Below are positions 17,527-28,475 of a stretch of DNA of 64,000 bases, in pieces. The notes beneath the pieces were generated by a model. It was not told where the DNA came from. It was given only the letters and a program-made list of their open reading frames with translations, and ran no database searches. Origin of the DNA: a virus (lineage: Duplodnaviria > Caudoviricetes); the IMG/VR virus record IMGVR_UViG_3300031555_004349, positions 1 to 64,000 of that record; one strand, written 5' to 3'. The position numbers were made by a program, and so were the translations under genes. Within the stretch, counting starts at the first letter, position 1; each line of letters begins with the position of its first letter.

Positions 17527-20500
17527 ATGGCGAAACGTAATCAAGTTACTACTGATTTACGAATTAGCGCAGATGCGCAATTAAAAACTAGTCGTAGTTT
17601 TCTTAATCAGTTAGATAAAATGATTGATAAATTTGATTTTGGTGATAAAATTAATAATCAATTATCAAATGCAAAAAATCAATTAAAAGATTATAATAAA
17701 GTTTTAGAAAGAGTTCAAACTAAATCATTAATTAGTGATAAAGAATTAAAAGATTTAGTTAAAGCAGGTAAAGAGATAGCTAATATTATTACAAAGACTG
17801 AAAAGTTATATAATAATTTAAGCAGTAGCGAATTACAAAAATTTTCAAAAGAATATATCAAACAAGTAAAAGCGCAAGAAGCTCAAATTGCTAAAATTAA
17901 AGAAAGTTATACTGCAAAAACAGGAAAAAACTTTGATAAAGAATTAGCTAATTATGACAAAATAAAAAATAAAGTTAAAGAGCTTCAAAGAGAAAAAGAT
18001 AATTTAGCTAAAACTGGTGCAAATGATATTGCAACAAAAGAAGTTGAACAATTAAATAAAAAATTAGAAGAACAAAAGAATAAATTAAGTGAAATTAGAA
18101 AATTACAAAAAGAGAGTGCTGCAGCCTACACGTCTACAGTTGAAACAGAAAGTCAAAAAAGAGGTTATAAAAATTACGCAGAAGTAAAAAATATAAAAAT
18201 TTCTAGTGAAGACCAAATTAGAAGACAGTTAGGAACTGCAGAATATAAAGAACAAGCAAGTTTAATTTCTACTATAAATAGAGAAATTAAAGAATTAGAA
18301 AAAACTAAAGAAGATGCAAATGACTTAGATAGAGAGGCAATTTCTTTAGCTAAACAATACAAAATTGAAAATGTATCTGGTTTAGATACTTTAAAACAAC
18401 AATTAAAAATTAAAAAAGATATTTTAAATAGTTATAAAGGGAATAAAAGTGCTTTAGCCGCTGAAAAAGCAGTTACTGCCGAAATGGAAAAACAGAAAAA
18501 ACAAGCTGAAGATATAGCCGCCATTGAAAGTGCCGGTAAGCAAGCTGAATTAAGTGTTATTCAAAAAGGTGGTTATAACTCAAAAGCTTCTTTAAGTGCA
18601 AGCGCAAGTGCAACTAATAAGTCTGTTAATAATTTGACTGGTCAATTAACTGAAGAGGGAATTGAGAACATAGTTAATAATGCTTCATTGGTTATTGCAC
18701 AAAGAATAGATAAGTTAACAGCTGAAATTAGTAAAGGTAATGGAGATTTAGCTGCGATTGATGAAACTAACAAAAAGTTAGCTACTCAGTCTGAAAGAAC
18801 TGCTGATGAGCAGGACATAAAGCAGAACGGAGAAAAAATTAGCAATGTCGTAAGAGATGATGGAGACATTACTAGAAACAAGAATGAAGCTGCAATTAAT
18901 AATTTATTAGAGGAATTTAAAGCCCCAGACAGAAGTAATAACATTAATCTTGCAAGAGAATCAGAAGCAGGAAAGGCTTTAGAGGAAGCAATGACTTTCG
19001 TAACTGCAGAAGGTCAATTAAAACAATTATGGGGTTCTGATAAATTAATAGAGGGCAATCAAGGTATTAAACGTTATTTAACAATGGTTGAAGAAATGGA
19101 GGATATTTCTTTTGATTTTCCAGAGACCAAAAAAGAATTTAAAAGTAAAATGGAAACGGTTTTAGACGAAAGCTATAAAAAGATTTTTGAAGGGTTAGAA
19201 GAAGCTATTGTAGATATTCAAATTCAAATAGATAATAAAACCGCGGAAATGAATAAAAAAATAGATAAAGATGGTAATATTAAAAAATCTGCTAGAAGAA
19301 AGGGATATAATGACGAAGATTATGACAAAGACCAAGCAAAAATAGAAAGTTTGCAAACAGATTTATCAAATTTTAAAACTTATAAACATGACACCGAAAT
19401 AGAATATTCCGATGAAAAAAATTATTTAAAAAATTATAGTGACGAACTTAATAAAATTAACATCAAAACGAATACTAGTACAACATTATTTAAAAAACAT
19501 ACAGATGTGGTAAATAAAGATAGTTTGGCTTTAGAAAATGCTGCATACCAATCGTCTTTTTTAGCAAGCACTTTTGATGATATTAAAAATAAAATAGGTT
19601 ATTTCTTATCTTTGAATTACGTATTTGACCAAATGACGCGTAAAATTTCTGAAGCTGTTCAAACAACTAAAGAAATGGATAAAGACATGACTCAAATTGG
19701 TTTGGTGCTTGGAAAAACATCGGGACAGGTATGGAAAAATTTTGACAATTACGCAAAAATGGCCGAAAGATTAAATACCACTACTTCTCAAGTAACAAAC
19801 TCAATGAAGTTATTTTATCAACAAGGTTTAAACACAAGTGAAGTTAATAAAATGGTTGAAGCTTCAGCAATAGCAGCCGCTCTTGGTGAATCAACTATGG
19901 CGGATGCGTCAGAAACATTAACTTCTATTATTAATTCTTACAGTTTAAGTGCAAATGAAGCAATGATGGTTACTGATAAAATTTCACAAATTGCTATTGT
20001 ATCAGCCGCAGATTTTGGTGAATTATCAACAGCAATTGAAAAAGTGGCTTCATCAGCTGCAAGTGCAGGTTTAGATTTAGACCATATGATGGGTTACTTA
20101 GCAAAAATGATTGAAACAACTCGTGAAGCACCAACTAACGTAGGTACTGCATTAAAAACAATCGTTGCTAATTTTACACAATTTAAAGAAGACCCAAGCG
20201 GATTAGCTGAAGAAGGTAGTGAAATTAATAAAGTTGATAAAGCTTTAAAATCTGTTGGTATTAGTTTAACTAATACAAACGGAGAAGTTAGAGATTTAGG
20301 TGAAGTAATTGATGAATTAGGTGGAAAATGGGGAAATTTAGATAGAAGTCAAAAAGCTTATTTAGCAACTGCAATAGCAGGTACTAGACAACAGTCTCGT
20401 TTTTATGCTTTAATGAATGATTATGAAAGAACGTTAGAATTAGTCTCTGAAGGTTCAAACAGCGCCGGAAAAGCTCAACAACAATTTGCTCTATATAGTG

Positions 20501-23500
20501 AGAGTTTAAATGCTGCTACTGAACAATTAACTAACGAATGGGAAAAATTTTTTAGTCAAATAACTTCAGGCAATGGAGTAATTAAATATTTTACGAATAC
20601 TCTTACTTCTTTAATGAAAGTAATTAATGAAATTGGTCCAATTGGAACTAGTTTAGGACTAATTAGTTTTATTACTCAAATTAGAAAAGGTATAATTAAT
20701 ATAGAAGATTTTTCCAAATCTATAGAAATTTTATCTACTAAACAAGCAACAAGAGAAAAAATGCAACATGCTTTTAGTATTTATAGTAAAAATAATACTA
20801 TTGATAATCGTAAAAAATTATTGGATGTTGCACAAAATGAAGGCTTAGGAAAATTAAATATTAAAAACATAAATAAGGCTTTAAAAATAACTGAAAATCA
20901 AAAACAAATTCAGAACTTATCCAAAGAAATAATGGTCTCTTCTAAATTTTCAGAGAAATTTGGAAAAACAGTAACGAAAACTGGAATACAAATTAAAAAT
21001 GGTTTCTTAAAAGGACAGGTTGCAGTAAAAGCATTTGCTAAAAGTCTAGCAACAGCCGGATTGCAAATGATGGCTATTTATTTAGCTGGAAAAGCAATTA
21101 GTTTTATTGTTGATGCGTTTGATAGAGCTTCAGTCAGTGCAGAAGAATTCGCTGAACAAGCGGAAAAAGCAGCTGAAAATGCAGAAACATTAACAAGTTT
21201 AAGAAACGAATATGAAGGTTTAGTAAATACCATAGATAGGACAACAGAAGAAGAAGAACGTTTAAAAGAAATTACAGAAGAAGTTTCAGAGGTTTCAGCA
21301 GAATTAGGAAATAATTTATCTAATAATGTTGATGCTTTCAAAGCTAATATAGATGTAATGGATGAATACATTGCTCGTCAAAAACAAATTGCAGGAACAA
21401 ATGCAATAAATGCAGCTTTAAAAACTGCTCAAGAAAATAATGGTTTCTGGGATAAAGTAGGTAGATGGCTAAGCAGTGGTTTTGCTTCTGATGATGAAAG
21501 AGAAAAAAGTGATATAAGTATTGCAAAAGGATTATATGGAGAAATAGATTCTGGCGCGAGTCAACAACATAATTTAGATAGCGCAAGACAAAATATTTTA
21601 AATACTTATGCTAATAATTTAATGAAACAATTAGAATCTTCTAATAAAACAGCAGATGATTGGTACGAAGGATTATTAGATTATAAAGCAAAAGTTACTG
21701 CAATGGCTGAAAATTTAGCTAATTTAAGCTCCGTAACTTTAAAAGTTTATTCTCAATTACAAACTGATTTTGCAAACAAGGATTTAAATTATGCCGAATT
21801 AAGAGAAAAAATTGAAAATGCAAATATTGATGAAACAATTAAACAAGGTTATAGAAATTCATTAAATGCAGCTAGAGTAGGTTCAATTCAAACTGTTCAA
21901 AATAGAACTGGTCTTGATACTACAAGTGCAACAAATATTGTTGATAGTTTATCAAGAGAAAGTTTAAAACAAATTTTTGACCCTGATAATTTAGATGTAT
22001 TAAGTGAAGAAGAGCAAAAACAATATTGGGAATCTATTGTTCAAATTTTCAATGATGAAAATTTAAAAAATCAATTAATTGAAGCAGTTGCAAAAAATGG
22101 TATAGATGGCTTACAAGCTTTCATTAATAATTTAGATGAAAGTAGTGTTGCTGCTTTAGATATAGTACAAGATACTATTTCAGGATTACAAACTTTAGCT
22201 GAAAGAGTTGAAACAGCAAAAACAGCTTTTGAAAAATTATCAGAATTAATGTCTTCTAAAATTTTAACTGGTGATTTTTCTCAAATGGATTTAATTTCTG
22301 GTTTGCTAGATGGTACTTATAATATTCAAGATATTTATTCAATCGGTAAAGGTAGTACTTTAGGATTAAGTTTAGATACGATTATTAGTCAAACTGAAGC
22401 ACGTTTTCAAGAATTAAAAAAACCTTTTGAAGAACAAACTGAGAATTTACAAAAACAAATTGATTATTATAATAATTTCGGAGACAATTTAGTTAATGAT
22501 GCTACTAAGAAATTAGAAGAACAACAAAAAATAGTAGACCAGGCACAACAAGAATATGATGTAGCAGTAAATAAAACACAAAAAGATAATGCTTCTTATG
22601 AGAAAAGTGAACAAGATATAACAAATAGAGGAGTAATAGCAGGCACAATAGCAGGCGTTGTTGGTGGCGTTATTAGTGCAATTGCTTTACCAATTGGAGG
22701 AATAGTTACTGCAGGAGCGGCAACGGCGATAGGAGCCAATACTGATAAACAATTACAAGATTTAAATAATGAGAGAACAAAAGTTACTGCTCAAAATCAA
22801 ACTAATGAAAATACTAAACTACAAGAGTTAAAAGAACAACAAGCGATTTATAATGAAATTAAAAATGAATTAGAACAAGCTCAAAACATTAAAATTGCAA
22901 TGGTAATGACAGATGAGCAATTGCTTCAGAAAGCTAAAGAAAATGTTAACACTTGGATAGAACAAAATAAACAAACTGAAAAATGGGTATCTGTTTTAGA
23001 TGAACAGGGAAATGAAGTAGGTAAAGTTAATAGTGAAGTTTATAATAAAAATCTTTTTACCGATAAAGGTATAAGCTTAAAAGAAGCCAAAGAGCTTCAA
23101 AAAGACAATGCTTCATTGGCAGAAGATAACGTAAAATTATACGAAGATGAAGCAAAGGTTTTAAGAGAATTGGGTAATGAAGCTTCCCAATACGCAGAAG
23201 ACCAAGTTAATGCAGCTACTGATATTCAAAAAGGTTATAAAAAGACTTTAACGGCGATTGAGAAAATTCAAGAAAAAACATTGGGATACCAAAAAACTTA
23301 TAAAGCTGTTTTTGAAAGTTTCTCAAGTGCTGGTCAAATTTATAATGAATTAGAAAAAGTTGCAGATGCTTACGAGTTATGTGACCAAGGAGCGAAAGGT
23401 TATTTTGATGTTGCTCAAGCGATTGCTAATGACCCAAGTTTAATTGAAGCAATAGATATGGAAAGTAAATATTTAGAGCTTAATAAAGAAAAAGTAGTTG

Positions 23501-26500
23501 AACTTGGAAAAACAAAGGTTCAAGAGCAAATTGATGAGTTGAAAACAAAATTAAAAGGTACTGACGCAATTATAGGTTTAATTAAAGCTCAAATGGCTGC
23601 AGGAAATGACCAAGTTGTTGCTGAAGCAGAATATACAGACGATAAGGGAGAATGCATTGCGGCGGCTTTAGCTTATAATGAAGACCTTACAAAAAGTGAA
23701 GAAGAATCAGTCGAAACAGAAGGACAAAATTTAGAAATAAGTGTTGCTAATTGGACAAATTGGCAAGAAGCTATTCTACAAATTATGCAACGTGTTGAAG
23801 ACCAACGTGCTGAATTGGCAAAAAGAATTGCAAGTGGAGAAACAGTAGCTGGTTCAACAAGTACAGCTAAATTAACTGGCATAAAAGTTAATTACAAAGC
23901 ACAAACAAGTGTCTCAGCAGATGAAATAGAAAAAACTGATAAAGAAAAATATGATAGTTTAATAAATACCATTACTTCACAAAATACTGATTTAAGTGCA
24001 ATGCTTGAATCTTATCAAACTCAACGTGCAATATTAGAAAAATCTATTAATTCTTTACAAGCGTACAAAAAAAATATGGCTAGCAATTTGGCTGATATTG
24101 CTGGTACTTCAGGTTCTAAAGATGAATTCGACCCTATCATAGAAAAACTTGAAAAATTCTACAATTACTTAAGACAACTTGAAGAATTAGAAGCTAGATT
24201 AAACCGTTTAAGAGAAAAACGTAATTTAATTGATGCAACTAAAAATTATTATATAGATGATTTAGTAAAAGAAAATGACTTACTAAGAGAACAACAATCA
24301 ATTTATAATGATTATATAAGAGACCAAGGCGCTTATTTAAATGAGCTTAAAGCACAAATTCAAGAACAATTTGGCAATTGGGCTTATTTTAATGAAAATG
24401 GAGTAATTCAAGTTAAACAAACTGAATTTACTGCAAATTCTGAAGATGAAGAAGAGAGACTTAATACTTTCTTAGAATTGGTTGACTTATATGAAAACGA
24501 ATATAACACAAGAGAAGAAAATATAAATAAACTTTACGAAATAGAAAATACTCAATTAGAAAATATTTCTGCTTCTTATGAAAAAATTCTTACAAGAGTT
24601 GAAGATATTACAGATGCCTTAAATAAACAAATTGATTTATTAGACCATGACATGAATATGAGCTTCAGTAATATTGGTAAATTTGATATAATGGATGACC
24701 AAACTTTAAAAGCCGTAGAAGGAATTAAAACTTCTCAAGGCTATATTAAAGATTTCAAAGAAGAAATTGCAGGATTAAATACAGAAGTTAAAAACGGACC
24801 ATTTAGTGAATTACTATTATGGGATGAAACATTAGAACACTGGCGCGTGAACGAAGAAGCTCTTCAAGATGAGTCAATTGTAGCTAAATATGAAAAAATG
24901 GGTTACAACTGGCAAGAAATTGATACTTATGTTCGTTCAGTAGCAACTGAGTCACAAGCTTTAGATGAAGCTATGGAAGGCGCAGTTGATAGTGCAAATG
25001 AGTTTGCTGAACTTTTAAAAACATTAATTGAAGATAGAATTGATACAATTAAAGATTTCTATAGTGCTTCAACAGATGAATTTAATAAGATATTTGATAC
25101 ATTTGAAAATAAAATGACAGATATTGATAATCAAAATAATTTATTTGGTGTTGCGTCAGATAGTTTAGAAGATAAGTATTTAACTTTAGTAACTGCAACT
25201 GTTATATTAAAACAAACTATTCAAGATTTAAAAGCTAATAAAGATGGAATTCTAGAACAAATTCAAAAAGAATATCCTGAATATGTTAAAATGATTAATG
25301 GAGTTGCTGTTGTAAACAAACAAGCAATTGAAGAGTCAACAGGATTAACGGAAGACCAAAGAGCTCATTTATTACAACTTTATGGAATTTTAGAAGCTTC
25401 TGAAGAGCAAATTGATGAAATGGAAGACAAATTAGTTGATTATTTCAATACAATGTTAGAAATGGAAGAAGCTAAACGCGACGCTATAATAGATTTAAAA
25501 CAACAAGTTCATGATGAATTAATTGCAAGAGACCAACAAGAAATTGATGATTTACAAGAAAAATACAGCAAAATGAGTGAGTTAGATAATGAGTATTATA
25601 GTGAACTTCAAAGAAGAGTAAGCGATGCAAGAGAAGCTAGAGAACAAAGACAAGAGTCTGCTAATATAGCTCAAATGCAAGCACAATTAAGTTTAATGAG
25701 AGCTGATAATAGCGGAGCTTACAATGCGGAAATGATTGAATTACAAAAACAATTAAATACTGCATTACAGACTCAAGCAGATAATGATGTTACAAGGGAA
25801 TTAGAAAGAATTCAAAGAGAACAACAAGAGAGAGAACAAGATAGACAAATGACAATTCAAGCTATGGAAAATGTATTAACATTCAAAGATGAAAATAGCT
25901 GGTATTGGCAAGAAGCACAAAGAATTTGGGATGAAGGTCCTGAGTCAATTACTGGTTTCTTAAGAACAGCTAATGAGTATTCTAATATTTCTGACGAACA
26001 AAGAGCAGTTGAATTTGAAAACTTAACTAATAATATGAATACAGCATTTACTACTTTGCAAAACGAAGCTGGCTTAAGCGATAGAATTAGTGATGGCGTA
26101 GTTTCAAACGCTTCGGCTGAAATGCAAACAAAACTTGAAGTGATTAATAATAATTTAAACTTTATAGAACAGCAATTAGAAGGTAAAATCGATTGGGCAA
26201 ATTCGCAAAATATGCAAAAATTACAAGATGTAATTAATGATACAACTACAGCAATGGGAGAAAACGCAGCAAGTATTAAAGCAAATATGAATACACTTTA
26301 TACTCAAGAAGTAGGACCAGGTTTTGAAGGTATCAATCAATCAATTGAAGATTACTTAGGTGCCAACTCTCAAATTTGGAAAAAGCTTGATGTGTCTGAA
26401 GGTAAAATAGGTACTGTTGATGGAACTGTGCGCACAGGCTTTGAAGATACTGTTAAAGCAGTTTCTGAGGCTAGAGATGGAATAGTTAATACTTTAAATA

Positions 26501-27198
26501 CAGCTAAAAGAGAATATTTAGAAAAAACTACTAAGTTATATGCTTGGATAGACAAAAAATATGCAGAAGAAGTTGCTCCAACTATTAATAGCGGTGCATC
26601 AAAAGTGGATACTCAATTACCAACAACAACTGGAAATGGAAACTCAAGCTCAAGTGCTGGTGGAAATGGACCTGGAAGTACAACTGCGGCAAAACCAGAT
26701 TTGAAAATTGGTTCAGTTGTATCTGTAAAACCTGGAACAAGATGGTATTACGACTCATATGGAAAAGACCCTTCTGGTGTAGCAACTGGTGGTGCAATTA
26801 AATATGTTAACTTAAAAGGTTCACATCCATACAATATTAAAGGTTTAGGATGGATTAAGAAATCAGATATTGTTGGATACAGTAAAGGTGGATATGTAGA
26901 TTATACTGGTGTAGCAAATGTTCACGGAACTGCGCGCGAACCTGAAGCATTCTTAAATGCAAAACAAACAAGATTATTTGAAATGTTAAGAGACGGTTTA
27001 ACAAAAACAACTTCAAATAGAACTTACGATAAAACTCCTAGCGAAGTTGCTAAGGAAGAATATAATATTGATAGTATCAATATTGAAGTTAAAGAACTTG
27101 CCGATACAGACTCTGTTGAAAAAATTACTCGTAAAGTTAAAGAAGAAATTTATAAAGACTCAACAGGAAGAAACAATATGGCAGTTAGAAGGAGGTAA
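17527..27198 (+). CDS. Tape measure protein (3223 aa)
   Basis: Long coiled coil; TP901-type TMP core around 19600-20600 (GTALKTI, ATAIAGTRQQSRF); C-terminal KGGYVDYTG...HG...PEA motif. Confidence 0.9.
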   Translation: MAKRNQVTTDLRISADAQLKTSRSFLNQLDKMIDKFDFGDKINNQLSNAKNQLKDYNKVLERVQTKSLISDKELKDLVKAGKEIANIITKTEKLYNNLSSSELQKFSKEYIKQVKAQEAQIAKIKESYTAKTGKNFDKELANYDKIKNKVKELQREKDNLAKTGANDIATKEVEQLNKKLEEQKNKLSEIRKLQKESAAAYTSTVETESQKRGYKNYAEVKNIKISSEDQIRRQLGTAEYKEQASLISTINREIKELEKTKEDANDLDREAISLAKQYKIENVSGLDTLKQQLKIKKDILNSYKGNKSALAAEKAVTAEMEKQKKQAEDIAAIESAGKQAELSVIQKGGYNSKASLSASASATNKSVNNLTGQLTEEGIENIVNNASLVIAQRIDKLTAEISKGNGDLAAIDETNKKLATQSERTADEQDIKQNGEKISNVVRDDGDITRNKNEAAINNLLEEFKAPDRSNNINLARESEAGKALEEAMTFVTAEGQLKQLWGSDKLIEGNQGIKRYLTMVEEMEDISFDFPETKKEFKSKMETVLDESYKKIFEGLEEAIVDIQIQIDNKTAEMNKKIDKDGNIKKSARRKGYNDEDYDKDQAKIESLQTDLSNFKTYKHDTEIEYSDEKNYLKNYSDELNKINIKTNTSTTLFKKHTDVVNKDSLALENAAYQSSFLASTFDDIKNKIGYFLSLNYVFDQMTRKISEAVQTTKEMDKDMTQIGLVLGKTSGQVWKNFDNYAKMAERLNTTTSQVTNSMKLFYQQGLNTSEVNKMVEASAIAAALGESTMADASETLTSIINSYSLSANEAMMVTDKISQIAIVSAADFGELSTAIEKVASSAASAGLDLDHMMGYLAKMIETTREAPTNVGTALKTIVANFTQFKEDPSGLAEEGSEINKVDKALKSVGISLTNTNGEVRDLGEVIDELGGKWGNLDRSQKAYLATAIAGTRQQSRFYALMNDYERTLELVSEGSNSAGKAQQQFALYSESLNAATEQLTNEWEKFFSQITSGNGVIKYFTNTLTSLMKVINEIGPIGTSLGLISFITQIRKGIINIEDFSKSIEILSTKQATREKMQHAFSIYSKNNTIDNRKKLLDVAQNEGLGKLNIKNINKALKITENQKQIQNLSKEIMVSSKFSEKFGKTVTKTGIQIKNGFLKGQVAVKAFAKSLATAGLQMMAIYLAGKAISFIVDAFDRASVSAEEFAEQAEKAAENAETLTSLRNEYEGLVNTIDRTTEEEERLKEITEEVSEVSAELGNNLSNNVDAFKANIDVMDEYIARQKQIAGTNAINAALKTAQENNGFWDKVGRWLSSGFASDDEREKSDISIAKGLYGEIDSGASQQHNLDSARQNILNTYANNLMKQLESSNKTADDWYEGLLDYKAKVTAMAENLANLSSVTLKVYSQLQTDFANKDLNYAELREKIENANIDETIKQGYRNSLNAARVGSIQTVQNRTGLDTTSATNIVDSLSRESLKQIFDPDNLDVLSEEEQKQYWESIVQIFNDENLKNQLIEAVAKNGIDGLQAFINNLDESSVAALDIVQDTISGLQTLAERVETAKTAFEKLSELMSSKILTGDFSQMDLISGLLDGTYNIQDIYSIGKGSTLGLSLDTIISQTEARFQELKKPFEEQTENLQKQIDYYNNFGDNLVNDATKKLEEQQKIVDQAQQEYDVAVNKTQKDNASYEKSEQDITNRGVIAGTIAGVVGGVISAIALPIGGIVTAGAATAIGANTDKQLQDLNNERTKVTAQNQTNENTKLQELKEQQAIYNEIKNELEQAQNIKIAMVMTDEQLLQKAKENVNTWIEQNKQTEKWVSVLDEQGNEVGKVNSEVYNKNLFTDKGISLKEAKELQKDNASLAEDNVKLYEDEAKVLRELGNEASQYAEDQVNAATDIQKGYKKTLTAIEKIQEKTLGYQKTYKAVFESFSSAGQIYNELEKVADAYELCDQGAKGYFDVAQAIANDPSLIEAIDMESKYLELNKEKVVELGKTKVQEQIDELKTKLKGTDAIIGLIKAQMAAGNDQVVAEAEYTDDKGECIAAALAYNEDLTKSEEESVETEGQNLEISVANWTNWQEAILQIMQRVEDQRAELAKRIASGETVAGSTSTAKLTGIKVNYKAQTSVSADEIEKTDKEKYDSLINTITSQNTDLSAMLESYQTQRAILEKSINSLQAYKKNMASNLADIAGTSGSKDEFDPIIEKLEKFYNYLRQLEELEARLNRLREKRNLIDATKNYYIDDLVKENDLLREQQSIYNDYIRDQGAYLNELKAQIQEQFGNWAYFNENGVIQVKQTEFTANSEDEEERLNTFLELVDLYENEYNTREENINKLYEIENTQLENISASYEKILTRVEDITDALNKQIDLLDHDMNMSFSNIGKFDIMDDQTLKAVEGIKTSQGYIKDFKEEIAGLNTEVKNGPFSELLLWDETLEHWRVNEEALQDESIVAKYEKMGYNWQEIDTYVRSVATESQALDEAMEGAVDSANEFAELLKTLIEDRIDTIKDFYSASTDEFNKIFDTFENKMTDIDNQNNLFGVASDSLEDKYLTLVTATVILKQTIQDLKANKDGILEQIQKEYPEYVKMINGVAVVNKQAIEESTGLTEDQRAHLLQLYGILEASEEQIDEMEDKLVDYFNTMLEMEEAKRDAIIDLKQQVHDELIARDQQEIDDLQEKYSKMSELDNEYYSELQRRVSDAREAREQRQESANIAQMQAQLSLMRADNSGAYNAEMIELQKQLNTALQTQADNDVTRELERIQREQQEREQDRQMTIQAMENVLTFKDENSWYWQEAQRIWDEGPESITGFLRTANEYSNISDEQRAVEFENLTNNMNTAFTTLQNEAGLSDRISDGVVSNASAEMQTKLEVINNNLNFIEQQLEGKIDWANSQNMQKLQDVINDTTTAMGENAASIKANMNTLYTQEVGPGFEGINQSIEDYLGANSQIWKKLDVSEGKIGTVDGTVRTGFEDTVKAVSEARDGIVNTLNTAKREYLEKTTKLYAWIDKKYAEEVAPTINSGASKVDTQLPTTTGNGNSSSSAGGNGPGSTTAAKPDLKIGSVVSVKPGTRWYYDSYGKDPSGVATGGAIKYVNLKGSHPYNIKGLGWIKKSDIVGYSKGGYVDYTGVANVHGTAREPEAFLNAKQTRLFEMLRDGLTKTTSNRTYDKTPSEVAKEEYNIDSINIEVKELADTDSVEKITRKVKEEIYKDSTGRNNMAVRRR

Positions 27199-27200
27199 AA

Positions 27201-28457
27201 ATGAATAAGGAGTATATAGATATTAAATTCGGAGATAAATGGGCTAGCGAATTTAATTTAGTAACGGTCTCAACAGGAGACCGTTACACACCTCCTGTAT
27301 TTGGAAATATTAATGCTAATACTTCCACAGTTGCAGGAAAAAGAGGTGTGTATAAATGGAAAACTCAATATAACGAAAAAATTTTTACAATTAATATGGC
27401 CTTTGATAATCTTTCAATGAGAGATGTGTCAAAGATAAAGGCTTGGTTAAATCCAAGTAAAATACAAAAATTAATTTTTAGTGATGAACCTTATAAGTTT
27501 TATTATGCTTCTTTAAATTCAGACCCTAAATTTGAGTTTTTACCTTTTAAAGAAGAGGAAGGAACAAAAGTAGGAAACAAAGAAGTACTTAGGGGAATTT
27601 ATAAAGGAGATTTAACTTTAGAATTTATAGCAATTGATGGAGTAGGTTATAGTGAAGCTGGAAATTATGAACAAGTTGAAATCGAACCTGGATTAGAATA
27701 TATGAATAGTGAATATTTTGATACTATACAACCTTGGGTTCAAGCAAGCAATTTATTAAACAATGATAGATATCAAACAGCTGCAAAAATTTATACAAAA
27801 TCTTTTATTGATGCAGATACAGGAAATGAAGATTGTGGTTTAGCGGCTGATTTAGACCATAGATTTTATTTATTAAATAGCGGCGATGCGGAAGCTAAAT
27901 TAAATCTTAAATTTGATTTAGTAGTACCTGGAGATGAGTCAATTGTCATTTATACTAAAAAAGTTATTAAAAAAGATGGTTCTTCTTGGGAAGATGGTGA
28001 AATTCTTTCAGCAATTGTAATTGAAAGTTTCAAAGATTATATACCTTTTATTAATTATCTTGGGCAAGAAAATTATGATATATTAATGACAGAAAATCCT
28101 GATGAAGAGACTAAACAAGCACAACAAGAAATAATCAATAGTTATCAAATTCAAATTGATAGTGACTTAAGAGAAGTTTACATTGTAGAAAAATTAAATG
28201 AAAATAATGTATTAAATTTAAATAAGTTTAATGGTAATAGAGACTTTTTAAAACTATGCGAAAGTAATTTTGTGGATTATTCAAAACCATTTCCTACAAT
28301 ATCTTTAGATGAAGAAGGAGCTATAGAGCGTGAAAATATTGTCTATAGCGGAACTGCAATTGAAAATGTTTATTTTAACGAAGTATTTTTAGGAGAAACT
28401 TCTAAAAATTATAGATTGTTAAATGTTCATTTTGATTGGAAACACACTTATAATTAA
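27201..28457 (+). CDS. Distal tail protein (Dit-like)
   Basis: Directly after TMP; IKAWLNP...LIFSDEPYKFYYA. Confidence 0.75.
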   Translation: MNKEYIDIKFGDKWASEFNLVTVSTGDRYTPPVFGNINANTSTVAGKRGVYKWKTQYNEKIFTINMAFDNLSMRDVSKIKAWLNPSKIQKLIFSDEPYKFYYASLNSDPKFEFLPFKEEEGTKVGNKEVLRGIYKGDLTLEFIAIDGVGYSEAGNYEQVEIEPGLEYMNSEYFDTIQPWVQASNLLNNDRYQTAAKIYTKSFIDADTGNEDCGLAADLDHRFYLLNSGDAEAKLNLKFDLVVPGDESIVIYTKKVIKKDGSSWEDGEILSAIVIESFKDYIPFINYLGQENYDILMTENPDEETKQAQQEIINSYQIQIDSDLREVYIVEKLNENNVLNLNKFNGNRDFLKLCESNFVDYSKPFPTISLDEEGAIERENIVYSGTAIENVYFNEVFLGETSKNYRLLNVHFDWKHTYN

Positions 28458-28475
28458 TAAAGGAGGTAATGGCAA

